Assembly (NCBI GenBank): GCA_029261855.1
Contig: JAJDAN010000038.1
Span: 28,051 to 92,050, forward strand
DNA length: 64,000 bases
Source: Deltaproteobacteria bacterium
GTDB taxonomy: Bacteria > Myxococcota_A > UBA9160 > UBA4427
Reading direction: 5' to 3'
Shown: positions 47,187 to 55,781 of the stretch, piece by piece
How the letters are laid out: the number at the start of each line of letters is the position of its first letter
Numbering within the stretch: the stretch's first letter is position 1
Made by a program: the position numbers and the translations under genes
The notes under the pieces: model-generated
What the model was told of the DNA's origin: nothing
Databases searched by the model: none
What the model saw: the letters and a program-made list of their open reading frames with translations, nothing else

Positions 47187-47909
47187 GTGTATCGAGGTCT
47201 CAAGGTGATCGCGATGGCGCCGGTCCTGGACGAAGAGGCCAAGATCGGGGAGGTCGTGCGACGCACGCCGCGCGACATCGTCGACGACCTGCTCGTGATC
47301 GACGACGGCTCGACCGACCGCTCGGCCGACGTCGCCCGGGAAGGAGGCGCGCGAGTGCTCGCCATGGGGCGCGTGGCCGGCGTGGGAGCCGCCTTGCGCG
47401 CCGGGTACGCCGAGGCCCTGCGCGGTGGCTACGACGTCGCCGTCGTGATGGCGGGCAACAACAAGGACGCCCCCGAAGAGATCACGCGCTTGCTCGACCC
47501 CATCGCCGACGGCCGCGCAGACTTCGTTCAGGGGTCGCGTTTCCTCGAACGGGGCGCCGACTTCGGCGAGATGCCCCTCTACCGGCGGATCGCGACGCGC
47601 GTTCACCCGTTGCTCTTCTCCCTGGTGACGGGGCGGCGCGTCACCGAGTCGACCAACGGCTTTCGTGCGGTGCACCGTCGCGTGCTCGAGGACGCGCGCC
47701 TCGATCTCGACCAGAGCTGGCTCGATGAGTATGAGCTCGAGCCCTATCTCTACATCCGCGCCATCCAGCTGGGCTATCGCACGGTGGAAGCGCCGGTTTC
47801 GAAGGTTTACCCTCCGAAGAGCATCGGACAGACGAAGATGCGTCCGTTCATCGGCTGGTGGTCGATCCTGAAGCCATTGCTGCTGCTGGGTCTGCGGCTC
47901 AAACGCTAG
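47187..47909 (+). CDS. GT2, polyprenyl-phosphate glycosyltransferase-like (DPM1/GtrB-like), one C-terminal TM
   Basis: 240 aa, GTG start 2 nt after the upstream stop. APVLDEEAKIG, VIDDGSTDRS, TNGFRAV, C-terminal hydrophobic IGWWSILKPLLLLGL. Confidence 0.8.
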   Translation: MYRGLKVIAMAPVLDEEAKIGEVVRRTPRDIVDDLLVIDDGSTDRSADVAREGGARVLAMGRVAGVGAALRAGYAEALRGGYDVAVVMAGNNKDAPEEITRLLDPIADGRADFVQGSRFLERGADFGEMPLYRRIATRVHPLLFSLVTGRRVTESTNGFRAVHRRVLEDARLDLDQSWLDEYELEPYLYIRAIQLGYRTVEAPVSKVYPPKSIGQTKMRPFIGWWSILKPLLLLGLRLKR

Positions 47910-47943
47910 TCCGAGAAAATTCCGAGAGAGGTCGAACTACCTG

Positions 47944-48978
47944 ATGGTCCGTATCGCAGTCATCGGTGCGGGGCACTGGGGCCCGAACCTGATCGCCAAC
48001 TTCCACGACCATCGCCGCAGCGAGGTCACGTGGGTCGTTGATCTCGATCGGGATCGCCGCGAGGCCGTCACCCTGCGCTTTCCGGACATCCGCGTCTCGG
48101 ACGATGCCGCGGCCGTGATCGCGGACCCGGCTGTCGACGCCGTCGTCGTCGCGACACCCACGGGTACCCACTTCGCCCTGGCCAGCGCAGCCCTCGAAGC
48201 GGGCAAGCACGTGCTCGTCGAGAAACCGATGGCGGCGAACGTCGCCGACGCGGAAGCGCTCTGCGAGATCGCCGAAGCAGCCGGCCGCACCCTCATGGTG
48301 GGCCACATCTTCATCTACAACGGTGCGTCCCAGCAGGCCAAGGGCTATCTGAGCGACGACGAGCTCGGCCGCATCTACTACGTGTCGATGACGCGGACGA
48401 ACCTCGGGCCCATTCGCGTGGACGTGAACGCCGCCTGGGACCTGGCGTCCCACGACATCGCCCTGGCCAGCTACTGGCTAGACGCCGAGCCGGTGAGTGT
48501 TTCGGCGACCGGGCGGGACTGGATCAACCCCGGGGTCGAGGACGCGGTCTTCGCGACGCTGCGCTACCCGGGCGATGTCCTCGTGCACCTCCACGCGTCC
48601 TGGTTACACCCGAGCAAGACTCGCGACATCATCGTCGTCGGAGAGAAGCGAATGCTGAGCTTCGACGACATGAGCCTCACCGAGCCGTTGCGGATCTACG
48701 ACAAGCAGGTCTCGCCGGCGCGCACTTCGTCTTCGTTCGTCGACTCGTTGGCGACCTTTCGCATGATGGTCCGCGAGGGCGACATCCGGATCCCGAAGGT
48801 GCCGCCGAGCCAGCCTCTGCGGAACGAATGCGACCACTTCCTGGATTGCATCGAGAGCGGCGCGACCCCCATCACGGATGGGCGGGAGGGGCTCGCCGTC
48901 GTGCGGGTGCTCGAGGCCATCAACCAGTCGATGCGAGAGGGCGGACGCGAGGTACGCATCGCCACCCGAGGCGGTTGA
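47944..48978 (+). CDS. Gfo/Idh/MocA-family NAD-dependent sugar (nucleotide-sugar) dehydrogenase
   Basis: 344 aa. IAVIGAGHWGPN Rossmann motif, HVLVEKPMA, MVGHIF. Confidence 0.85.
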   Translation: MVRIAVIGAGHWGPNLIANFHDHRRSEVTWVVDLDRDRREAVTLRFPDIRVSDDAAAVIADPAVDAVVVATPTGTHFALASAALEAGKHVLVEKPMAANVADAEALCEIAEAAGRTLMVGHIFIYNGASQQAKGYLSDDELGRIYYVSMTRTNLGPIRVDVNAAWDLASHDIALASYWLDAEPVSVSATGRDWINPGVEDAVFATLRYPGDVLVHLHASWLHPSKTRDIIVVGEKRMLSFDDMSLTEPLRIYDKQVSPARTSSSFVDSLATFRMMVREGDIRIPKVPPSQPLRNECDHFLDCIESGATPITDGREGLAVVRVLEAINQSMREGGREVRIATRGG

Positions 48979-50102
48979 TGAAGATCCCGCTCGTCGATCT
49001 CGCGTGGCAGCACGACCAGATCGCCGACGAGGTGCGTGCCGGGCTCGATCGCGTCGTCGCCGAGGGCGCCTTCATCCTCGGCCCGGAGGTGGCGTCCTTC
49101 GAGCAGGAATTCGCGCGGGCCTCTGGCGTCGCGCACTGCGTCGGCGTCGGCAGCGGGACGGACGCCCTCGAGCTCTGCCTGCGCGCCGCGGGCGTCTCCG
49201 TCGGCGACGAGGTCGTCGTACCGGCGAACACCTTCATCGCGTCGGCGCTCGCCGTCGTGCGCGCGGGCGCACGTCCGGTGTTCGTCGACGCGGACCCGGA
49301 CACACACTTGATCGATGTCCAGGCCGCCCTCGACCGCGTCGGTCCGGCGACGCGCGCGATCCTGCCCGTGGATCTGTTCGGCCAGATCGCGCCCATCGAG
49401 CAGCTCGCAGACGGTCTCGGTGGACCTGCCGGGACAGCGGCTGGGCCGATCATCGTCGAGGACGCCGCGCAGTCCCAGGGCGCGCGGCGACATGGGCGGC
49501 ATTCCGGTTCGTTCGGCTCGATCGCGGGCACGAGCTTCTACCCGGGCAAGAACCTGGGCGCCTGGGGCGACGCCGGTGCGGTCATGACCGACGATGCCGA
49601 GCTGGCCGGGCGGGTGCGTCGGCTGCGGCAGTACGGCAGCGAGACGAAGTACGAGCACCCGGAGCTGGGTTTCAACTCGCGGCTCGACAGTGTCCAGGCC
49701 GTGGTGCTGCGCGCGAAGCTCGCGCGCCTCGACGCGTGGAACCAGCTGCGTCGTGAGGCTGCCGCGCGCTACGACGTCCTGCTCGCGGACCTGCCCGACG
49801 TCGTGCGCCCCGAGACCTTGCCCGGCAACGAGCACGTCTGGCACCTGTACACCGTGCGTGTGCCGGAACGCGACCGCGTGCTCGCGGCTCTCCACGCGGC
49901 GGGCGTCGGTGCCGGAGTCCACTATCCGGTGCCGATCCATCTGCAGGGCGCGTTCGCGGGTCACGGGCACCGCGCCGGCGATTTCCCCGTGGCCGAGGCG
50001 GCTGCCCAGCAACTGATTTCGCTGCCGATCTACCCCGGCATCGAGCCGGCCCAGCAGGAACGGGTGGTGTCGGTGCTCGCAGACGCGCGCGCGGCGGCCT
50101 GA
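48978..50102 (+). CDS. DegT/DnrJ/EryC1/StrS-family PLP-dependent sugar aminotransferase
   Basis: 374 aa from ATG 48978, which overlaps the upstream stop (TGATG). GVGSGTDALEL, DAAQSQGA, SFYPGKNLGAWGDAG (PLP Lys), NSRLDSVQA. Confidence 0.9.
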   Translation: MKIPLVDLAWQHDQIADEVRAGLDRVVAEGAFILGPEVASFEQEFARASGVAHCVGVGSGTDALELCLRAAGVSVGDEVVVPANTFIASALAVVRAGARPVFVDADPDTHLIDVQAALDRVGPATRAILPVDLFGQIAPIEQLADGLGGPAGTAAGPIIVEDAAQSQGARRHGRHSGSFGSIAGTSFYPGKNLGAWGDAGAVMTDDAELAGRVRRLRQYGSETKYEHPELGFNSRLDSVQAVVLRAKLARLDAWNQLRREAAARYDVLLADLPDVVRPETLPGNEHVWHLYTVRVPERDRVLAALHAAGVGAGVHYPVPIHLQGAFAGHGHRAGDFPVAEAAAQQLISLPIYPGIEPAQQERVVSVLADARAAA

Positions 50103-50110
50103 ACCGGGGG

Positions 50111-52357
50111 ATGCGGCCGGCCGTCGTCGCGCTGTTGCTGGGACTCGCGTTGGCTCTCGCGCTGCTGCTGCGCGCCCTCGGCTTCGAGTGGGTCTTCGTC
50201 GACGACGCGACCCTGGTGTTCGCGCCGGGCGACGCCCAATACCACGCGCGCCGAGCCCTGTACGGCTTCGTCAACTTTCCCGAGGTGCTGTTCTTCGACC
50301 CGTACATCAACTTTCCGGGCGGCGCGGCGATTTCATGGCCGCCGGGTTTCGACTTCACGCTGTCCGCATTCGGGCGCCTGTGGGTCGACGAGCCGGCGGC
50401 GTTCCTCGCCATGGCCGCCTGGGCGCCCCCGGTCCTGGGAGCGCTCGCGCTGCTGCCGGCCTTCGCGGTCGCGCGTCGCATCGCTGGCGCGGGTGTCGGA
50501 CTCGGCGCCGCGGCGTTGATGGCTTCGCTGCCCATGAGTGTCAGCTACAGCCGCGTGGGACAACTCGACCATCACTGTGCGGTGGCCTTGATCGGCGCCG
50601 TGCTGCTGTGGGTACTGGTCCGAACGATCGACAGCGATCGCGTTTCGTGGCTCTCGTTTGCAGTCCTCGCGCTGGGCCGCATCGCGATGCTGCTGACCTG
50701 GCATGGCAGCCTGCTCTACCTGGCGGCCGTAGAGGGAGTGCTGTGGGTGGCGGCGGCAGTGACGGGCCGACGCGATCTCTACGCGGTGCAGGCCGGCAGC
50801 GCCCTCGTCGCCGTCGCCGTGGTGGCGCCGCTGGTCTGGCTCTTCCCCGAGCCCCTCGGCGGGGCCTGGTCGGCCATCGCGCTCTCGCGCCTGCACGTCA
50901 CCGCGATGTGTGCCGTGGCGGCGGTGTCGGGCGGACTCTGGTGGCTCGAAGGTCGGGGCAGTACGCGTTCTGCCTCGGCACGCCTCGTGTGGACGCTCGT
51001 CCTGGGTCTGGGGGTGATCGCGGTGCTGGGACTGTTGCCCGCGACCCGTTCGGGGATCGAGCCGGCGTTGCGTTTCGTGACCCTGCAGGACGGCGTGGGC
51101 CATCGCACTGGAGAACAGCTGCCGTTGTTCTCCTTCCTCGGTCGCGCGAGCGGTCGTCCGGTCTGGGAAGTCTGGGGACTGCTCGGGTACGCGCTTCCGG
51201 TGTTGCCGTTCGCGACGGTGTGGGCGGCGGCCCGGGAACGGCGGCCGGCCGCATGGGTGGTCGCGGCCTGGTGTGCCTGGTTCGGAACCCTCGCGCTCGT
51301 GCAGCGCCGCTACGGCAACGACCTCGGTCCGGCGGCAGCCGTCGGCTTCGCCCTCGTGATTGCCGCCGTCGCGCACCGAGGCGGGTCGATCGCCGCGTCG
51401 CGCACGGGTGCGGGTGTACCGGTCTCCGCAATCGCCGTGGTGCTCGGTCTACTGCTGCTGTCGCCGCCCGTCTTCGGAGAGTGGCTTCCGCGCCTCGCGC
51501 GCAGCGCCCAGGCAATGGGGAAGGAGCCGCCCCTGGTCGACCCCGCACTGCGGACCCCCGCTGGCTCGCTGACGCGTTTCCTCGAGCAGGTGCGGCAGCT
51601 TACGCCCGAGACGTCAGGCTATTTCGACGCCCGAATCGCGCCCGAGTACGGCGTGGTTTCCCACGCCAACTTCGGCCACGCCGTCCAGAACATCGCCCGA
51701 CGGCCGACTCCGACCGACCCCTTCTGGGCCTTCATCGGCGTCGACAACTGGGACGCCGCGTTCGGTCTGCTCAGCGCGAAGTCCGAGAAGGAGGCACTCG
51801 ACCTGGCCCGGCAGCTGCGCGCCCGGTACGTGATCACCCACGCGAGCGCCGACCCGGGTGGCTTCGAGGCGTGGTTGCACCATCACGACGGGCTGCAGAA
51901 GGGCCCCCGCCCCGCCGCACGACACTTCCGACTGGTCACCGAGGGACCGAAGGGCGGCGCGCACATCGCCCAGGTGCTGGAGGTGCGAGACGACGAGAGC
52001 GCCGGTTCGCGCCGCACGCCCGGACTCGACGATCTGCCCTACAAGCTGTTCGAAGTCGTCGAGGGCGCCGTCATCCAGGTGCGCGCGGAGAGGGGTGAGA
52101 CGGTCGACGTCGAGCTGCGACTGGAGACGCCCAGCGGTCGCGAGGTCGTCTGGAAGGGGCACGCGAACGCGGCGTCGGATGGCTTCGCCCGGCTGCGCGT
52201 TCCCTATTCGACTTCGGCGACTTCGGCGAGTTCCACTCCTTCCCAGTCGGTACGCGCGCTCGCGCCCTACCGCGTCACCGTCGGATCCCGGAGCGTCGCG
52301 GTCCCGGTCGACGAGGACGACATCCAGCAGGGGCGAGCCGTGGTCGCGACGTTCTGA
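50111..52357 (+). CDS. STT3/AglB-like oligosaccharyltransferase homologue (GT-C) with degenerate WWDYG motif
   Basis: 748 aa. Loop-1 GDAQYHARR..NFPEVLFFDPYINFPGG (Asp codon 50231-50233), second motif QLDHH (50567-50575), ~13 TM. The C-terminal soluble domain begins with HANFGH (51662-51679), then ...SAKSEKEALDLARQLRARYVI, matching the archaeal AglB layout. Confidence 0.75.
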   Translation: MRPAVVALLLGLALALALLLRALGFEWVFVDDATLVFAPGDAQYHARRALYGFVNFPEVLFFDPYINFPGGAAISWPPGFDFTLSAFGRLWVDEPAAFLAMAAWAPPVLGALALLPAFAVARRIAGAGVGLGAAALMASLPMSVSYSRVGQLDHHCAVALIGAVLLWVLVRTIDSDRVSWLSFAVLALGRIAMLLTWHGSLLYLAAVEGVLWVAAAVTGRRDLYAVQAGSALVAVAVVAPLVWLFPEPLGGAWSAIALSRLHVTAMCAVAAVSGGLWWLEGRGSTRSASARLVWTLVLGLGVIAVLGLLPATRSGIEPALRFVTLQDGVGHRTGEQLPLFSFLGRASGRPVWEVWGLLGYALPVLPFATVWAAARERRPAAWVVAAWCAWFGTLALVQRRYGNDLGPAAAVGFALVIAAVAHRGGSIAASRTGAGVPVSAIAVVLGLLLLSPPVFGEWLPRLARSAQAMGKEPPLVDPALRTPAGSLTRFLEQVRQLTPETSGYFDARIAPEYGVVSHANFGHAVQNIARRPTPTDPFWAFIGVDNWDAAFGLLSAKSEKEALDLARQLRARYVITHASADPGGFEAWLHHHDGLQKGPRPAARHFRLVTEGPKGGAHIAQVLEVRDDESAGSRRTPGLDDLPYKLFEVVEGAVIQVRAERGETVDVELRLETPSGREVVWKGHANAASDGFARLRVPYSTSATSASSTPSQSVRALAPYRVTVGSRSVAVPVDEDDIQQGRAVVATF

Positions 52358-52359
52358 GA

Positions 52360-54027
52360 TCAGCGCAGGAAGCGCACCTCGAAGCGGCCGCCGAAGGCGA
52401 GCTGGTGCGGGCGCGCAAAGCGGATGCTGTAGAAGACGGTCTCGCCTTCGCGGTCCGTGTGCGCGCGAATCTCGACGTCGTCGGCGGGTAGGGCGTGGGC
52501 GGCTTCGAGGAGCTTCGGTCCCAACCCGAACAGGTCGTAGCGGGGTGCGAACACCAGGTAGTGGTGTGAGGCGTCGCCGCGATGGGTCCACGCGCGACCC
52601 CGGGCGAGCTGATTGGGAAGCGCCCAGATGGGCTCTTCGAGCCGGTTCTCTCGCGTGAGGAACTGGAGCGTTTCGTGGAAGCCCCAGTCGAGCGAGACGG
52701 CTGTCGCACCGGGGTCGGCCGTCAGCTCTTCGGCAAAGGCGTCGAGCGCGTTCGAATAGCGACCCCGGCCGCCGGTGTCTGCAATGAGCGTGCGTGTCTC
52801 GCGCACGACGTAGAGATTCGCGACGACGATCGCGATGGCGATCGCCGCGGCGAGGCCTCGCAGCACTCCCGTTCGTCGACCGAGATCGACCAGCAGCAGG
52901 GCGAGCAGCAGGTGCGTGAAGGGCATGAGGTTGAGCATGTGGTGCGCGCGGACCGCACCGGGCAGTGCCAGCATCGCCGCGCCCAGCACCGCGACGGTGA
53001 CACCCAGGAAGACGAGGCCTGCTCGGCTCGACGTGCGCGCCGGCGTCCTGGGGTCGTCCGCGAGAGCGCCCTCGAACCCTCGGAAGCGGGCCCCGACAGC
53101 GGAGCCAACGAGCGCGACGACGATGCCGAAGCCCAGCAGCCCGCCCGGCGCCGAGCCGTCGAAGATCCGCTCGAACACGCCCCCCACGTCGATCACGCGG
53201 AAGTAGTATGAGCCATCGAGCGTGCTCCACAGGACGCTGGCGCGGTACGCGAGATCTCCGCGATCCGCGATTCCCGATTCGACGGTGAGCAGGTCGATGG
53301 CGGACAAGAGCATCGGGAGCGAGCCGAGCACGAGGCAGCCCGCCGCGGCCAGCACGGTGCCCGGCCGTTCGCGCATCTCGGCGACCGAGGCGCGACCCCG
53401 GGCCGCGAGCAGCCCCAGAGCCGCGGCCGCGCCGATGATCACGAAGTCGGCCCGGGCATAGACGCCGAGACCCATGGCGAGGGCGCCGGCGGCCACGACC
53501 CAGCCGCGCCGGGTCTGCCAGCCAGCGGTCAGCAGGTAGAGACCCGCGCAGCGGCAGAGCAACAGGGTCGTATACGGACCCCATTCGCAGGCACCGAAGA
53601 AGACGAAGCTGGGGTCGAAGGCGACGAAGATCGCGCCGAGCAGTGCCGTCGGCAGTCCGAACACCCGCCGGGCCCAGAGTGTGGCCAGCAGCAAGGCGAG
53701 CAGCGCGGTGCCGAGGGTGGCCAGGCGCAGGGTGTGGAGATCCGGCCCGAACAGCGCGAAGGGCGGGATCAGCAGCTGCGGCTTGAGCGCCCCCAGGTAG
53801 GCGGCGTTGCGCAGCGGGAAGCGCCGGCCAAAGAGGAAGGTCGAGCGTTCGCTCGGGGGATGGGTCGTCTGGCGCTCTGGCTCGAGGAAGTCCCGGGCCT
53901 GCTGGCCGAGGAAGGCTTCGTCGTAGTTGAGACCGGGCTCGCCTTCGGGAGGCACGAGCACCAGGACGACGATCGCAGAGAGTACGAGCCAGGCGGCAAT
54001 GACGATCGCCGTCTCAGAGCGGAACAT
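52360..54027 (-). CDS. GT-C-type (ArnT/PMT_2-like) membrane glycosyltransferase-like protein
   Basis: About 555 aa from ATG 54027; the track start is 54078. Loop-1 NYDEAFLGQQARDF, ~12 TM, C-terminal soluble domain. Its stop lies 2 nt from the convergent STT3-like stop. Confidence 0.7.
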   Translation of the reverse strand: MFRSETAIVIAAWLVLSAIVVLVLVPPEGEPGLNYDEAFLGQQARDFLEPERQTTHPPSERSTFLFGRRFPLRNAAYLGALKPQLLIPPFALFGPDLHTLRLATLGTALLALLLATLWARRVFGLPTALLGAIFVAFDPSFVFFGACEWGPYTTLLLCRCAGLYLLTAGWQTRRGWVVAAGALAMGLGVYARADFVIIGAAAALGLLAARGRASVAEMRERPGTVLAAAGCLVLGSLPMLLSAIDLLTVESGIADRGDLAYRASVLWSTLDGSYYFRVIDVGGVFERIFDGSAPGGLLGFGIVVALVGSAVGARFRGFEGALADDPRTPARTSSRAGLVFLGVTVAVLGAAMLALPGAVRAHHMLNLMPFTHLLLALLLVDLGRRTGVLRGLAAAIAIAIVVANLYVVRETRTLIADTGGRGRYSNALDAFAEELTADPGATAVSLDWGFHETLQFLTRENRLEEPIWALPNQLARGRAWTHRGDASHHYLVFAPRYDLFGLGPKLLEAAHALPADDVEIRAHTDREGETVFYSIRFARPHQLAFGGRFEVRFLR

Positions 54028-54143
54028 CCGCGGCAGGGTACAACGCCCTGAGACCGAGTCGACTTCTGTATCTTCCACGCCCGTCGTTTCGCCGAAGCAC
54101 CGGAAGCGAGAACCCAGCCCGAGAGAAGGGGAAGACAGCGCCC

Positions 54144-55781
54144 TTGAGTCCGCGCAAGGCCACGAAGCCCTCGCCGGGAATCCTGTTCGCCGGTTTCGTC
54201 GTGGCCGCGTTCGTCATCTACGCGCCCGCCCTGAACGGCACCTTCATCTCGGACGACGAGCACTACGTCCAGCGCAACGTATTCGTCCACCACCCCCTGG
54301 ACAACTGGGTGGCGATCGTCGACCCCACCAGCGTGCTGGCGGAGATCGTCGAGAACTACGCGCCCGTGCACGTACTGCTGCACGCGTTGGAATGGCAGCT
54401 CTTCGGGCCCGAGACCTTCGGCTACCACGCCGTCAACGTGACGCTGCATGCCCTCACGGCGTTGCTGCTGGTGCTGCTCCTTCGCCGCAGCGGCGTTTCC
54501 GGAGCCGCTTCGGCTCTGGGCGGGGCCTTCTTTCTCGCCCACGCCGGGAACGTCGAGGCGGTGGCGTGGATCAACCAGCTCAAGACCTCGTCGGCCATGG
54601 TTCTGTGTCTGGCCGCGCTGCTGCTGCATCCACGCCGACCCGCGCTGGGCGCCTTGCTGTTCGCTCTTGCGCTGATGGCCAAGCCCACCGCCGCGGTCGC
54701 GCTCTTCGTCGCTGCCGCCTTCGGCTGGGCACGCACCCGTCACGACCCCGCAGAGGGTGTCGAAGCAGTCGAAGCAGAAAGCCCCTGGCGCTGGGGCTGG
54801 CTCGGCGTGTGGGCGGGCATCCTCGTCCTGTTCGCGGTCGCCGAGTTCGCGGCCTTCTCACAGACCGCCGGCCAGGCGCCGGCACTCTACGCGGACCTGG
54901 CGGACCGCGTCCGCAGCATGTTCGCCATCGCTCTTCGCTATCTGGCGATGGCGGGGAGCACCTGGGGGCTCTCGACCTTCCACGAACCCGAGCCCGCGGG
55001 CCCGTTCGATCCGTGGTGGTTGATGTCGCTTCCGGTCTTCGCCGCGCTCGGATGGCGGACCTTCGTGTGCCTCCGCGAGCGACGCGAAGAGGCGGCCTGG
55101 TGGATCTTCGCGATCGTCTCGTTCGGTCCCGTGAGCGGGCTGATCCCCCTGCCCTTCCCGATCGCCGACCGCTACCTGTACTTCATGCTGCCGGGCCTGA
55201 TCGGTGGATGTCTGTTGGCCGGCCCTGCGTTGCTGGCGAGGTTTTCACCGTCTCCCAGGTTCTGGCGCGGGGTTCGCGTGGCATCGGCGGTCGTCATCGT
55301 GCTGTTCGCCGTTCGCAGCTTCGATCGGGCCCGGGTCTGGCAGACGCCGTTTACCGCCATGGCCGACTCGATCGCCCACTATCCGGACGGGGTCGCTGCC
55401 AAGACCCAGCGCGCCACGCTGGCGGCGCAGTCGGGGGACGCGGGCGCGGCCGTCGCGCTGCTCGAGGAAGCCCACGCGCGAGGCTACAACCGACTCGATC
55501 ACCTGCTGATGCCGGGCTACGGCCCGATCCAGAGCGATCCGGCGTTCGTGCGCCTGAAGAAGCAGTGGGCCCGGGAATGGATCGAGCGGCTGTCGCGGAA
55601 CGAGTCGCCGTCCCAGCATGAGCTACAGCTCGTCGCCCAGGCACAGCTGGTGTTGGAGGACCTGCCCGCCGCACGGGACACGATCCAGAGAGCCATCGCC
55701 GTTGGCGGCCCGATCACGGCGAACCTCGAGGCCGACCTCGCCGAAGTCGAGCGCGCCATCCGCTTCTCGCGGCTTCGCTAG
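54144..55781 (+). CDS. TMTC-like GT-C membrane protein with C-terminal TPR domain
   Basis: 545 aa, TTG start. Loop-1 FISDDEHYVQRN (the F-x-x-DD...N pattern of TMTC/DUF1736-type proteins), ~10 TM, then TPR-like helices. Confidence 0.7.
   Translation: MSPRKATKPSPGILFAGFVVAAFVIYAPALNGTFISDDEHYVQRNVFVHHPLDNWVAIVDPTSVLAEIVENYAPVHVLLHALEWQLFGPETFGYHAVNVTLHALTALLLVLLLRRSGVSGAASALGGAFFLAHAGNVEAVAWINQLKTSSAMVLCLAALLLHPRRPALGALLFALALMAKPTAAVALFVAAAFGWARTRHDPAEGVEAVEAESPWRWGWLGVWAGILVLFAVAEFAAFSQTAGQAPALYADLADRVRSMFAIALRYLAMAGSTWGLSTFHEPEPAGPFDPWWLMSLPVFAALGWRTFVCLRERREEAAWWIFAIVSFGPVSGLIPLPFPIADRYLYFMLPGLIGGCLLAGPALLARFSPSPRFWRGVRVASAVVIVLFAVRSFDRARVWQTPFTAMADSIAHYPDGVAAKTQRATLAAQSGDAGAAVALLEEAHARGYNRLDHLLMPGYGPIQSDPAFVRLKKQWAREWIERLSRNESPSQHELQLVAQAQLVLEDLPAARDTIQRAIAVGGPITANLEADLAEVERAIRFSRLR

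Noticed and set aside
50939-50953. WWLEG (aa 277-281 of the STT3-like protein) as a possible WWDxG motif
   Set aside because: It lies in the middle of the membrane domain, not at the start of the C-terminal soluble domain where WWDYG sits in STT3/AglB/PglB. The positional equivalent is HANFG at 51662-51676.
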